A program made the position numbers and the translations under genes. DNA of 64,000 nt from Macrostomum lignano (Eukaryota). The DNA is taken from NCBI GenBank assembly GCA_002269645.1, contig NIVC01002918.1, forward strand, positions 1-64,000. Direction: 5' to 3'. Positions 24,830 through 38,210 of this stretch are shown piece by piece; position 1 is the first letter of the stretch; every line of letters begins with the position of its first letter. The notes below the pieces were generated by a model that had not been told where the DNA came from, did no database searches, and saw nothing but the letters and a program-made list of their open reading frames with translations.

Positions 24830-27800
24830 TTCTCAGGGTTATGGAGCTCACTCTTCTGTCTTTAGTTTGAGCCGCTCTAACGGCCTTAAAAGCGTTCTCA
24901 GTGACTCAAAAAGCGTTCTCAGGGACTCAAAAAGCGTTCTCAGGGACTCAAAAAGCGTTCTCAGGGACTAAAAAAGCGTTCTCAGGGACTAAAAAAGCGT
25001 TCTCAGGGATTCAAAAAGCGTTCTCAGGGACTCAAAAAGCGCTCTCAAGGTTATTTATGGAGCTCACTTTTCTGTTTTTAGTTTGAGCAGCTCTAACGGC
25101 CTCAAAAAGCGCTCTCAAGGTTATGGAGCTCACTTTTCTGTTTTTAGTTTGAGCAGCTCTAACGGCCTCAAAAAGCGTTCTCAGGGATTCAAAAAGCGTT
25201 CTCAGGGACTCAAAAAGCGCTCTCAAGGTTATTTATGGAGCTCACTTTTCTGTTTTTAGTTTGAGCAGCTCTAACGGCCTCAAAAAGCGCTCTCAAGGTT
25301 ATGGAGCTCACTTTTCTGTTTTTAGTTTGAGCAGCTCTAACGGCCTCAAAAAGCGTTCTCAGGGACTCAAAAAGCGCTCTCAAGGTTATTTATGGAGCTC
25401 ACTTTTCTGTTTTAAATTTGAGCAGCTCTAACGGCCTCAAAAAGCGTTCTCAGGGACTCAAAAAGCGCTCTCAAGGTTATGGAGCTCACTTTTCTGTTTT
25501 TAGTTTGAGCAGCTCTAACGGCCTCAAAAAGCGTTCTCAGGGACTCAAAAAGCGCTCTCAAGGTTATTTATGGAGCTCACTTTTCTGTTTTTAGTTTGAG
25601 CAGCTCTAACGGCCTCAAAAAGCGTTCTCAGGGACTTAAAAAGCGTTCTCAGGGACTCAAAAAGCGTTCTCAGGGACTAAAAAAGCGTTCTCAGGGACTC
25701 AAAAAGCGTTCTCAGGGACTCAAAAAGCGTTCTCAGGGACTCAAAAAGCGCTCTCAAGGTTATGGAGCTCACTTTTCTGTTTTTAGTTTGAGCAGCTCTA
25801 ACGGCCTCAAAAAGCGTTCTCAGGGACTCAAAATGCGTTCTCAGGGACTCAAAAAGCGTTCTCAGGGACTCAAAAAGCGCTCTCAAGGTTATGGAGCTCA
25901 CTTTTCTGTTTTTAGTTTGAGCAGCTCTAACGGCCTTAAAAAGTGTTATCAGGGACTCATAAAGCGTTCTCAGGGACTCAAAAAGCGTTCTCAGGGACTC
26001 AAAAAGCGCTCTTAAGGTTATTTATGGAGCTCACTTTTCTGTTTTTAGTTTGAGCAGCTCTAACGGCCTCAAAAAGCGCTCTCAAGGTTATGGAGCTCAC
26101 TTTTCTGTTTTTAGTTTGAGCAGCTCTAACGGCCTTAAAAAGTGTTATCAGGGACTCATAAAGCGTTCTCAGGGACTCAAAAAGCGTTTTCAGGGACTCA
26201 AAAAGCGCTCTTAAGGTTATTTATGGAGCTCACTTTTCTGTTTTTAGTTTGAGCAGCTCTAACGGCCTCAAAAAGCGCTCTCAAGGTTATGGAGCTCACT
26301 TTTCTGTTTTTAGTTTGAGCAGCTCTAACGGCCTCAAAAAGCGTTCTCAGGGACTCAAAAAGCGTTTTCAGGGACTCAAAAAGCGCTCTCAAGGTTATGG
26401 AGCTCACTTTTCTGTTTTTAGTTTGAGCAGCTCTAACGGCCTCAAAAAGCGTTCTCAGGGACTTAAAAAGCGTTCTCAGGGACTCAAAAAGCGCTCTCAA
26501 GGTTATGGAGCTCACTTTTCTGTTTTTAGTTTGAGCAGCCCTAACGGCCTTAAAAAGCGTTCTCAGGGACTCAAAAAGCGTTCTCAGGGACTCAAAAAGC
26601 GTTCTCAGGGACTCAAAAAGCGTTCTCAGGGTTATGGAGCTCACTTATCTGTTGTTAGTTTTAGCAGCTCTAACGGCCTCAAAAAGCGCTCTCAGGGACT
26701 CAAAATGCGTTCTCAGGGACTAAAAAAGCGTTCTCAGGGACTCAAAAAGCGTTCTCAGGGACTCAAAAAGCGCTCTCAAGGTTATTTATGGAGCTCACTT
26801 TTCTGTTTTTAGTTTGAGCAGCTCTAACGGCCTTTAAAAGCGTTCTCAGGGACTCATAAAGCGTTCTCAGGGACTCAAAAAGCGCTCTCAAGGTTATGGA
26901 GCTCACTTTTCTGTTTTTAGTTTGAGCAGCTCTGACGGCCTTAAAAAGTGTTATCAGGGACTCAAAAAGCGTTCTCAGAGACTCAAAAAGCGTTCTCAGA
27001 AACTAAAAAAGCGTTCTCAGGGACCCAAAAAGCGTTCTCAGGGACTAAAAAAGTGTTCTCAGGGACTAAAAAAGCGTTCTCAGGGACTCAAAATGCGTTC
27101 TCAGGGACTAAAAAAGCGTTCTCAGGGACTCAAAAAGCGTTCTCAGGGACTCAAAAAGCGCTCTCAAGATTATGGTGCTCACTTTTCTGTTTTTAGTTTG
27201 AGCAGCTCTAACGGCCTTAAAAAGTGTTATCAGGGACTCATAAAGCGTTCTCAGGGACTCAAAAAGCGTTCTCAGGGACTCAAAAAGCGTTCTCAGGGAC
27301 TCAAAATGCGTTCTCAGGGACTCAAAAAGCGTTCTCAGGGACTCAAAAAGCGCTCTCAAGGTTATGGAGCTCACTTTTCTGTTTTTAGTTTGAGCAGCTC
27401 TGACGGCCTTAAAAAGTGTTATCAGGGACTCATAAAGCGTTCTCAGGGACTCAAAAAGCGTTCTCAGGGACTCAAAAAGCGCTCTCAAGGTTATTTATGG
27501 AGCTCACTTTTCTGTTTTTAGTTTGAGCAGCTCTAACGGCCTCAAAAAGCGCTCTCAAGGTTATGGAGCTCACTTTTCTGTTTTTAGTTTGAGCAGCTCT
27601 AACGGCCTCAAAAAGCGTTCTCAGGGACTCAAAAAGCGTTCTCAGGGACTCAAAAAGCGTTCTCAGGGACTCAAAAAGCGCTCTCAAGGTTATGGAGCTC
27701 ACTTTTCTGTTTTTAGTTTGAGCAGCTCTGACGGCCTTAAAAAGTGTTATCAGGGACTCAAAAAGCGTTCTCAGAGACTCAAAAAGCGTTCTCAGGGACT

Positions 27801-30800
27801 CAAAAAGCGTTCTCAGGGACTCAAAATGCGTTCTCAGGGACTCAAAAAGCGTTCTCAGGGACTCAAAAAGCGCTCTCAAGGTTATGGAGCTCACTTTTCT
27901 GTTTTTAGTTTGAGCAGCTCTAACGGCCTTAAAAAGTGTTATCAGGGACTCATAAAGCGTTCTCAGGGACTCAAAAAGCGTTCTCAGGGACTCAAAAAGC
28001 GTTCTCAGGGACTCAAAATGCGTTCTCAGGGACTCAAAAAGCGTTCTCAGGGACTCAAAAAGCGCTCTCAAGGTTATGGAGCTCACTTTTCTGTTTTTAG
28101 TTTGAGCAGCTCTGACGGCCTTAAAAAGTGTTATCAGGGACTCAAAAAGCGTTCTCAGGGACTCAAAAAGCGTTCTCAGGGACTCAAAAAGCGTTCTCAA
28201 GGTTATGGAGCTCACTTTTCTGTCTGTCTTAGTTAACCCTTAACCCTAATGGTGAGTTGCCATGAGTACAATTTCCATGAGTTTCGCAGCTCAGCTCATG
28301 AGGTAGCCAGCTCGCTCACACTTTGGCTGCACAAAAATTTATAAATTTGTACTCAATTGTACTCAATTGTGCGGCACTATGACGGTTATGCAGCCAGCAT
28401 CAAACCCCGCCAGCTACCCTCAATTAGAATTTTGTGGGGATCGCTAAAATTGACATGCAGTTTTGCTACTGCAAGAAGTAATATATAAGTGGATGTTTGT
28501 ATCTTAGTAAAATTTTGTAGTAAAAATGAAAATTGTTAATGTCCAAAACTTGTGAATTTGAATTCTTGGCAAATCATATTCTCAGATGTAAAGCTGCTGT
28601 CTGTTTTTTCTGCACAAGCTAACCCATTAATGACCTAAATAAAATTCACCAATATCGATCAGTGTAGTCTGTACTCATCAAGATTGAGTCTGTACCTCAC
28701 CAAATAAATATCGTTTAGCTGCACCAATTCTGTTTTTAGTTCTGAGCTCACTTTTCTGTTTTTAGTTTGAGCAGCTCTAACGGCCTTAAAAAGTGTTATC
28801 AGGGACTCATAAAGCGTTCTCAGGGACTCAAAAAGCGTTCTCAGGGACTCAAAAAGCGCTCTTAAGGTTATTTATGGAGCTCACTTTTCTGTTTTTAGTT
28901 TGAGCAGCTCTAACGGCCTCAAAAAGCGCTCTCAAGGTTATGGAGCTCACTTTTCTGTTTTTAGTTTGAGCAGCTCTAACGGCCTCAAAAAGCGTTCTCA
29001 GGGACTTAAAAAGCGTTCTCAGGGACTCAAAAAGCGCTCTCAAGGTTATGGAGCTCACTTTTCTGTTTTTAGTTTGAGCAGCCCTAACGGCCTTAAAAAG
29101 CGTTCTCAGGGACTCAAAAAGCGTTCTCAGGGACTCAAAAAGCGTTCTCAGGGACTCAAAAAGCGTTCTCAGGGTTATGGAGCTCACTTATCTGTTGTTA
29201 GTTTTAGCAGCTCTAACGGCCTCAAAAAGCGCTCTCAGGGACTCAAAATGCGTTCTCAGGGACTAAAAAAGCGTTCTCAGGGACTCAAAAAGCGTTCTCA
29301 GGGACTCAAAAAGCGCTCTCAAGGTTATTTATGGAGCTCACTTTTCTGTTTTTAGTTTGAGCAGCTCTAACGGCCTTTAAAAGCGTTCTCAGGGACTCAT
29401 AAAGCGTTCTCAGGGACTCAAAAAGCGCTCTCAAGGTTATGGAGCTCACTTTTCTGTTTTTAGTTTGAGCAGCTCTGACGGCCTTAAAAAGTGTTATCAG
29501 GGACTCAAAAAGCGTTCTCAGAGACTCAAAAAGCGTTCTCAGAAACTAAAAAAGCGTTCTCAGGGACCCAAAAAGCGTTCTCAGGGACTAAAAAAGTGTT
29601 CTCAGGGACTAAAAAAGCGTTCTCAGGGACTCAAAATGCGTTCTCAGGGACTAAAAAAGCGTTCTCAGGGACTCAAAAAGCGTTCTCAGGGACTCAAAAA
29701 GCGCTCTCAAGATTATGGTGCTCACTTTTCTGTTTTTAGTTTGAGCAGCTCTAACGGCCTTAAAAAGTGTTATCAGGGACTCATAAAGCGTTCTCAGGGA
29801 CTCAAAAAGCGTTCTCAGGGACTCAAAAAGCGTTCTCAGGGACTCAAAATGCGTTCTCAGGGACTCAAAAAGCGTTCTCAGGGACTCAAAAAGCGCTCTC
29901 AAGGTTATGGAGCTCACTTTTCTGTTTTTAGTTTGAGCAGCTCTAACGGCCTCAAAAAGTGTTATCAGGGACTCATAAAGCGTTCTCAGGGACTCAAAAA
30001 GCGTTCTCAGGGACTCAAAAAGCGCTCTCAAGGTTATTTATGGAGCTCACTTTTCTGTTTTTAGTTTGAGCAGCTCTAACGGCCTCAAAAAGCGCTCTCA
30101 AGGTTATGGAGCTCACTTTTCTGTTTTTAGTTTGAGCAGCTCTAACGGCCTCAAAAAGCGTTCTCAGGGACTCAAAAAGCGTTCTCAGGGACTCAAAAAG
30201 CGTTCTCAGGGACTCAAAAAGCGCTCTCAAGGTTATGGAGCTCACTTTTCTGTTTTTAGTTTGAGCAGCTCTGACGGCCTTAAAAAGTGTTATCAGGGAC
30301 TCAAAAAGCGTTCTCAGAGACTCAAAAAGCGTTCTCAGGGACTCAAAATGCGTTCTCAGGGACTCAAAAAGCGTTCTCAGGGACTCAAAAAGCGCTCTCA
30401 AGGTTATGGAGCTCACTTTTCTGTTTTTAGTTTGAGCAGCTCTAACGGCCTTAAAAAGTGTTATCAGGGACTCATAAAGCGTTCTCAGGGACTCAAAAAG
30501 CGTTCTCAGGGACTCAAAAAGCGTTCTCAGGGACTCAAAATGCGTTCTCAGGGACTCAAAAAGCGTTCTCAGGGACTCAAAAAGCGCTCTCAAGGTTATG
30601 GAGCTCACTTTTCTGTTTTTAGTTTGAGCAGCTCTGACGGCCTTAAAAAGTGTTATCAGGGACTCAAAAAGCGTTCTCAGGGACTCAAAAAGCGTTCTCA
30701 GGGACTCAAAAAGCGTTCTCAAGGTTATGGAGCTCACTTTTCTGTCTGTCTTAGTTAACCCTTAACCCTAATGGTGAGTTGCCATGAGTACAATTTCCAT

Positions 30801-33380
30801 GAGTTTCGCAGCTCAGCTCATGAGGTAGCCAGCTCGCTCACACTTTGGCTGCACAAAAATTTATAAATTTGTACTCAATTGTACTCAATTGTGCGGCACT
30901 ATGACGGTTATGCAGCCAGCATCAAACCCCGCCAGCTACCCTCAATTAGAATTTTGTGGGGATCGCTAAAATTGACATGCAGTTTTGCTACTGCAAGAAG
31001 TAATATATAAGTGGATGTTTGTATCTTAGTAAAATTTTGTAGTAAAAATGAAAATTGTTAATGTCCAAAACTTGTGAATTTGAATTCTTGGCAAATCATA
31101 TTCTCAGATGTAAAGCTGCTGTCTGTTTTTTCTGCACAAGCTAACCCATTAATGACCTAAATAAAATTCACCAATATCGATCAGTGTAGTCTGTACTCAT
31201 CAAGATTGAGTCTGTACCTCACCAAATAAATATCGTTTAGCTGCACCAATTCTGTTTTTAGTTCTGAGCTCACTTTTCTGTTTTTAGTTTGAGCAGCTCT
31301 AACGGCCTTAAAAAGTGTTATCAGGGACTCATAAAGCGTTCTCAGGGACTCAAAAAGCGTTCTCAGGGACTCAAAAAGCGCTCTTAAGGTTATTTATGGA
31401 GCTCACTTTTCTGTTTTTAGTTTGAGCAGCTCTAACGGCCTCAAAAAGCGCTCTCAAGGTTATGGAGCTCACTTTTCTGTTTTTAGTTTGAGCAGCTCTA
31501 ACGGCCTCAAAAAGCGTTCTCAGGGACTCAAAAAGCGTTTTCAGGGACTCAAAAAGCGCTCTCAAGGTTATGGAGCTCACTTTTCTGTTTTTAGTTTGAG
31601 CAGCTCTAACGGCCTCAAAAAGCGTTCTCAGGGACTTAAAAAGCGTTCTCAGGGACTCAAAAAGCGCTCTCAAGGTTATGGAGCTCACTTTTCTGTTTTT
31701 AGTTTGAGCAGCCCTAACGGCCTTAAAAAGCGTTCTCAGGGACTCAAAAAGCGTTCTCAGGGACTCAAAAAGCGTTCTCAGGGTTATGGAGCTCACTTAT
31801 CTGTTGTTAGTTTTAGCAGCTCTAACGGCCTCAAAAAGCGCTCTCAGGGACTCAAAATGCGTTCTCAGGGACTAAAAAAGCGTTCTCAGGGACTCAAAAA
31901 GCGTTCTCAGGGACTCAAAAAGCGCTCTCAAGGTTATTTATGGAGCTCACTTTTCTGTTTTTAGTTTGAGCAGCTCTAACGGCCTTTAAAAGCGTTCTCA
32001 GGGACTCATAAAGCGTTCTCAGGGACTCAAAAAGCGCTCTCAAGGTTATGGAGCTCACTTTTCTGTTTTTAGTTTGAGCAGCTCTGACGGCCTTAAAAAG
32101 TGTTATCAGGGACTCAAAAAGCGTTCTCAGAGACTCAAAAAGCGTTCTCAGAAACTAAAAAAGCGTTCTCAGGGACCCAAAAAGCGTTCTCAGGGACTAA
32201 AAAAGTGTTCTCAGGGACTAAAAAAGCGTTCTCAGGGACTCAAAATGCGTTCTCAGGGACTAAAAAAGCGTTCTCAGGGACTCAAAAAGCGTTCTCAGGG
32301 ACTCAAAAAGCGCTCTCAAGATTATGGTGCTCACTTTTCTGTTTTTAGTTTGAGCAGCTCTAACGGCCTTAAAAAGTGTTATCAGGGACTCATAAAGCGT
32401 TCTCAGGGACTCAAAAAGCGTTCTCAGGGACTCAAAAAGCGTTCTCAGGGACTCAAAATGCGTTCTCAGGGACTCAAAAAGCGTTCTCAGGGACTCAAAA
32501 AGCGCTCTCAAGGTTATGGAGCTCACTTTTCTGTTTTTAGTTTGAGCAGCTCTGACGGCCTTAAAAAGTGTTATCAGGGACTCATAAAGCGTTCTCAGGG
32601 ACTCAAAAAGCGTTCTCAGGGACTCAAAAAGCGCTCTCAAGGTTATTTATGGAGCTCACTTTTCTGTTTTTAGTTTGAGCAGCTCTAACGGCCTCAAAAA
32701 GCGCTCTCAAGGTTATGGAGCTCACTTTTCTGTTTTTAGTTTGAGCAGCTCTAACGGCCTCAAAAAGCGTTCTCAGGGACTCAAAAAGCGTTCTCAGGGA
32801 CTCAAAAAGCGTTCTCAGGGACTCAAAAAGCGCTCTCAAGGTTATGGAGCTCACTTTTCTGTTTTTAGTTTGAGCAGCTCTGACGGCCTTAAAAAGTGTT
32901 ATCAGGGACTCAAAAAGCGTTCTCAGAGACTCAAAAAGCGTTCTCAGGGACTCAAAAAGCGTTCTCAGGGACTCAAAATGCGTTCTCAGGGACTCAAAAA
33001 GCGTTCTCAGGGACTCAAAAAGCGCTCTCAAGGTTATGGAGCTCACTTTTCTGTTTTTAGTTTGAGCAGCTCTAACGGCCTTAAAAAGTGTTATCAGGGA
33101 CTCATAAAGCGTTCTCAGGGACTCAAAAAGCGTTCTCAGGGACTCAAAAAGCGTTCTCAGGGACTCAAAATGCGTTCTCAGGGACTCAAAAAGCGTTCTC
33201 AGGGACTCAAAAAGCGCTCTCAAGGTTATGGAGCTCACTTTTCTGTTTTTAGTTTGAGCAGCTCTGACGGCCTTAAAAAGTGTTATCAGGGACTCAAAAA
33301 GCGTTCTCAGGGACTCAAAAAGCGTTCTCAGGGACTCAAAAAGCGTTCTCAAGGTTATGGAGCTCACTTTTCTGTCTGTC
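24830..33380. repeat. Compound minisatellite: 66-bp (or 70-bp) head unit plus variable runs of a 21-bp unit, in ~2.6-kb higher-order repeats
   Basis: 21-bp CAGGGACTCAAAAAGCGTTCT; 66-bp period measured (25081 to 25147). Diagnostic variants recur at offsets 2543/2609 and spacers at 2522/2630. Confidence 0.97.
28225..28730. repeat. ~500-bp non-satellite spacer (copies at 30747-31252 and 33377-33882)
   Basis: Three apparently identical copies punctuate the satellite; they share a 34-mer with 21741-21775. Confidence 0.95.
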
Positions 33381-35506
33381 TTAGTTAACCCTTAACCCTA
33401 ATGGTGAGTTGCCATGAGTACAATTTCCATGAGTTTCGCAGCTCAGCTCATGAGGTAGCCAGCTCGCTCACACTTTGGCTGCACAAAAATTTATAAATTT
33501 GTACTCAATTGTACTCAATTGTGCGGCACTATGACGGTTATGCAGCCAGCATCAAACCCCGCCAGCTACCCTCAATTAGAATTTTGTGGGGATCGCTAAA
33601 ATTGACATGCAGTTTTGCTACTGCAAGAAGTAATATATAAGTGGATGTTTGTATCTTAGTAAAATTTTGTAGTAAAAATGAAAATTGTTAATGTCCAAAA
33701 CTTGTGAATTTGAATTCTTGGCAAATCATATTCTCAGATGTAAAGCTGCTGTCTGTTTTTTCTGCACAAGCTAACCCATTAATGACCTAAATAAAATTCA
33801 CCAATATCGATCAGTGTAGTCTGTACTCATCAAGATTGAGTCTGTACCTCACCAAATAAATATCGTTTAGCTGCACCAATAACTTAAACTTTAAATCATA
33901 ATAACGAGTATCATCAATCAGCCTTACCGCACGCTACTTACCATTTAAATTTCTTAGAAAATTTAATAAATTTCTTACTAAGTAGCGAGCAGTTCCTGTG
34001 TATACTAAACACGCTTAAAAATGAGATTATTAACTTGACTACTTGAAAACAATATACAGGCATAAGCATAATCGCATTTTCATACATGTATAATTCTACA
34101 GGCTGAACAGCTAAAATATGATGCGATATAAGTATATTTTATAATAAAATGATTAATAAAATGATTAAATCGAAAATGATTAATGAAATAATAAGCAAAC
34201 GAGGATATACATTATATATTATACATTATACATTATATATACATCATACTGCGACCCGAATTTCATGGCCTTCTGACGGCTGCGACGGCTTCGACGGCTC
34301 CGATGGCCCATAGGGCGATGGCCAGATGGCCCAGTCACTGGCCTGAAGAGGCGGCGTTCCTGGCGCCGTAGGCCATGAGAACTCTGGGAGTAAAGATAGC
34401 AGAGGTGGGCCGCGTGTTAGATAAGAGTTGGCAGCAGTCATTCGTATTTGCCCCCCCCCTAGATGGGTAGAATCTGGGAAGCAGGGCGTCACTATATTTT
34501 GGGAGACTTATTATCATATAGCGTCTTTTTCTAAGTGAATAATAAGGGGCGTTTGGTTTCAAAATTGTAGATGGCTGACGTTTTTTGTAGTTTTCCGGTC
34601 ACGGAGACAAAACTTGTCAAGACATTCTATGATTGCTTGTTTTTTCTTAGTGGTAAAAACTAAGGCGGACGGGCATCTTAATCCTAAAATCTAGCCATTG
34701 ATCCAAATGAGTCATCTGGTGACGGGACTTACCAAAAAACGCAGGTCGAAGCTCAGCGCCGAAGTATCGTCAGTTAGCCATGTATGGCTTTTTGCCTGGC
34801 CTCTTGAAAAAGGCATGTCCAGAAGTTCAGCATTTCTGGTGCGAGTCGAGTCGCCTGCTTCTTCGATATTGGACCAAATTTAGAGCCGTTGATTGACTAC
34901 TTTCTCTTGATAGTTTTTAGGGGTGGGATGGACCGGCTCTCGGCTTCCCGGGCCTCTGTACAGGACGAATTTAATAATTTTCTTTTTTATTACGCGGCGA
35001 ACAGGTTTGTTCATTGTTGCTATTAATGCAAACTAGTTTTATATTTAGTATAGATCGAAGATAGTATATTAGTTGTATATGCGGACTTAAAAGTCAACTC
35101 AACTCCTCTATATATTATGCCCCTAACCCCACACAACCCGCCGCTAATAGTGAGTCAGTGTACGGGCTGGCTGTCGTCTATGCCTCATGTAAATATCTCT
35201 GAAAATAAGGCAGTATTAAACAGTAGCAACGTTAATTTAACAGTCAAGTAACCAAGCGTTGCGCAAACAATGAAACTATATTGGTGTGAATCTACAAAAC
35301 GCAACCTACATCGACAAGAGCCACGAATTTGTTAGGATTAGGAGGTTAATTGATATACCACTCTAAATACCAACAGTACGTACTTTCTATTGTTGCTGCC
35401 GTATGTTAAGCAGCAAATCAAATTACAGGGATTTAGCAGGAAATTAGCACAAATTATCATTGCGTATAGGGAGGCGATTTTAATTTCGTTTTTTTTAGTC
35501 TTGGAA

Positions 35507-36427
35507 GTCTATATATGACTCTTGTGTATGTATGAATATTGATCTCCATGTGCGCGTGCACGAGATAACAACAGCGTTTGACCAAGGTGTTGTTTATGCT
35601 TGTCGAAAGCCATTTAAGCAATTAGTATTGCCAAAAGTTAAGCAGACAATGGTGATAGGACACTAGCAGAGTGAATGCGTCAGAGCCAAATAGTAACAAA
35701 TCTCGACGAATTTCAAAGGTGAATAACGGAAGCAATTATTGGAAAATCAATGAATAGAAAGTCCCTTAACTGTAACCTTCCACCATAGTAGCAATAGATT
35801 GGAACTAAATGACTTTCAGAAATAAGCCTTGAATGTTTTCACACGCAGGCCGTTAGCTTTTCTAGCTGGCACTCACGCAGTCATAGATTACAGAATACAG
35901 AAGGTCTATTTACTAGTAGTCAGTCTCCCTTTTAACCCCCGCTTAGTGGTGGATTGACCATTTGACCGTGATTGCTTAATTCCCTTCCGCTTAGCGTATC
36001 GAATTTTGCGCGTGTTGGCCCGTAGGATACCGATTTTCGCTTATTTACGCATTATGTTCAGTTTTATGTAGTAGCCCTGCGCTCAATTAGCAACGTGTAA
36101 ATATTTAGGAATCGAGCGCAAAATTAGGCCCGTACGGGATGTGTTAATCCTCTAAAAGCCAATATTAATTTGGGCACCAGAAAACTTCCATGGGCCTGCT
36201 CTGCAGGAGGCCTTGTCTCACTGTTTCAAATTTTATAGGAACAATAGTAGTCTGGGACTGTTAAATTTCGCACGTTTCAGATTGAATTTCATTGTTTGTT
36301 GTCACCTTGTCATAAATGGTGCAGCATCATTAGTTAAGAAGGTATCGAGTAGGTAAGAATTAGAATAGGTGAGCGTTAGCATAATGTAGCCGTTGGTGTA
36401 GCTCAAGCATTAGCAGCAAGTGCATGG
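35507..36427 (-). repeat. Inverted copy of 16931-17968
   Basis: Reverse-complement match along its length. Confidence 0.9.
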
Positions 36428-36805
36428 CAAGTCCCGCCACGAGTAAGGCTCCCAGCAGCGGCGCTTGCCAGGGCGCATCAGCTTCGGCCAGGGGTGCTAG
36501 CGGAGGCACTGCTACCCCGGCGCCAACTGAGCCACGGGCGGCCGGGGGACTGCACGCGGTGACAGTGGCGGCGGCACCGGCGGCACATCGGCACCTGGCG
36601 CCAGTCCCGTTTCCGCCCTGTTGCGTTTGGGCGGCAGGTCACAAAGGTGTTCAAAGACCCTCTTAAAAGCGTGCGACTCCCCTCTTAAAAGCGTGCGATT
36701 CCCCTCCTAAAAGTGTGTAAAGCCCCATCTACAAGCGTGCGAGGCACCTCTCAAAAGTGTGCATAGCCATAACATAAGACATAAGACATTAGATTAACAT
36801 AAGAC

Positions 36806-38210
36806 AGAGAAGAGAAAAAGAGAGGAGAGTTGAGGAGAGGAGAGGAGAGGAGAGGAGAGGAGAGGGGAGGAGAGGAGAGGAGAGGAGAGGAGAGGAGAGG
36901 AGAGGAGAGGAGAGGAGAGGAGAGGAGAGGAGAGGAGAGGAGAGGAGAGGAGAGGAGAGGAGAGGAGAGGAGAGGAGAGGAGAGGAGAGGAGAGGAGAGG
37001 AGAGGAGAGGAGAGGAGAGGAGAGGAGAGGAGAGGAGAGGAGAGGAGAGGAGAGGAGAGGAGAGGAGAGGAGAGGAGAGGAGAGGAGAGGAGAGGAGAGG
37101 AGAGGAGAGGAGAGGAGAGGAGAGGAGAGGAGAGGAGAGGAGAGGAGAGGAGAGGAGAGGAGAGGAGAGGAGAGGAGAGGAGAGGAGAGGAGAGGAGAGG
37201 AGAGGAGAGGAGAGGAGAGGAGAGGAGAGGAGAGGAGAGGAGAGGAGAGGAGAGGAGAGGAGAGGAGAGGAGAGGAGAGGAGAGGAGAGAGAGGAGAGGA
37301 GAGGAGAGGAGAGGAGAGGAGAGGAGAGGAGAGGAGAGGAGAGGAGAGGAGAGGAGAGGAGAGGAGAGGAGAGGAGAGGAGAGGAGAGGAGAGGAGAGGA
37401 GAGGAGAGGAGAGGAGAGGAGAGGAGAGGAGAGGAGAGGAGAGGAGAGGAGAGGAGAGGAGAGGAGAGGAGAGGAGAGGAGAGGAGAGGAGAGGAGAGGA
37501 GAGGAGAGGAGAGGAGAGGAGAGGAGAGGAGAGGAGAGGAGAGGAGAGAGGAGAGGAGAGGAGAGGAGAGGAGAGGAGAGGAGAGGAGACGAGACGAGAT
37601 AAGAGGAGAAAAGGAGAGGAGAGGAGAGGAGAGGAGAGGAGAGGAGAGGAGAGGAGAGGAGAGGAGAGGAGAGGAGAGGAGAGGAGAGGAGAGGAGAGGA
37701 GAGGAGAGGAGAGGAGAGGAGAGGAGAGGAGAGGAGAGGAGAGGAGAGGAGAGGAGAGGAGAGGAGAGGAGAGGAGAGGAGAGGAGAGGAGAGGAGAGGA
37801 GAGGAGAGGAGAGGAGAGGAGAGGAGAGGAGAGGAGAGGAGAGGAGAGGAGAGGAGAGGAGAGGAGAGGAGAGGAGAGGAGAGGAGAGGAGAGGAGAGGA
37901 GAGAGAGAGGAGAGGAGAGGAGAGGAGAGGAGAGGAGAGGAGAGGAGAGGGGAGAGGAGTGAGGAGAGGAAGACGAGAGAGGAGAGGAGAGGTCAGGAGA
38001 GGAGAGAAAAGGGGAGAGGAGTGAGGAGAGGAAGACGAGAGAGGAGAGGAGAGGTCAGGAGAGGAGAGAAAAGGGGAGAGGAGTGAGGAGAGGAAGACGA
38101 GAGAGGAGAGGAGAGGTCAGGAGAGGAGAGAAAAGGAGAGAAGTGAATAGAGGAGAGTAGAGGAGAGGACAAGAGAGAATATGAGAAGAGAGGTGAGAGC
38201 TGAGAGCTGA
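36806..38210. repeat. (GGAGA)n pentanucleotide polypurine tract, ~1.1 kb nearly pure then degenerate
   Basis: Direct reading; explains the RRGEE ORF. Confidence 0.98.

Noticed and set aside
24830-33380. CRISPR-like repeat/spacer appearance
   Set aside because: The 'spacers' are copies of one 21-bp unit rather than unique sequences; no cas genes; eukaryotic context.
24901-33388. Long ORFs on both strands (GLKKRSQ / LFESLRT repeats)
   Set aside because: They follow from 21- and 66-bp stop-free repeat units; there are no domains, and they use alternative starts.
16931-36427. TIRs of a ~19.5-kb giant transposon
   Set aside because: No TSD or terminal motif at the outer ends, and the arms differ by indels; kept only as an inverted duplication.
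36830-38086. 418-aa RRGEE ORF
   Set aside because: Translation of the (GGAGA)n microsatellite.
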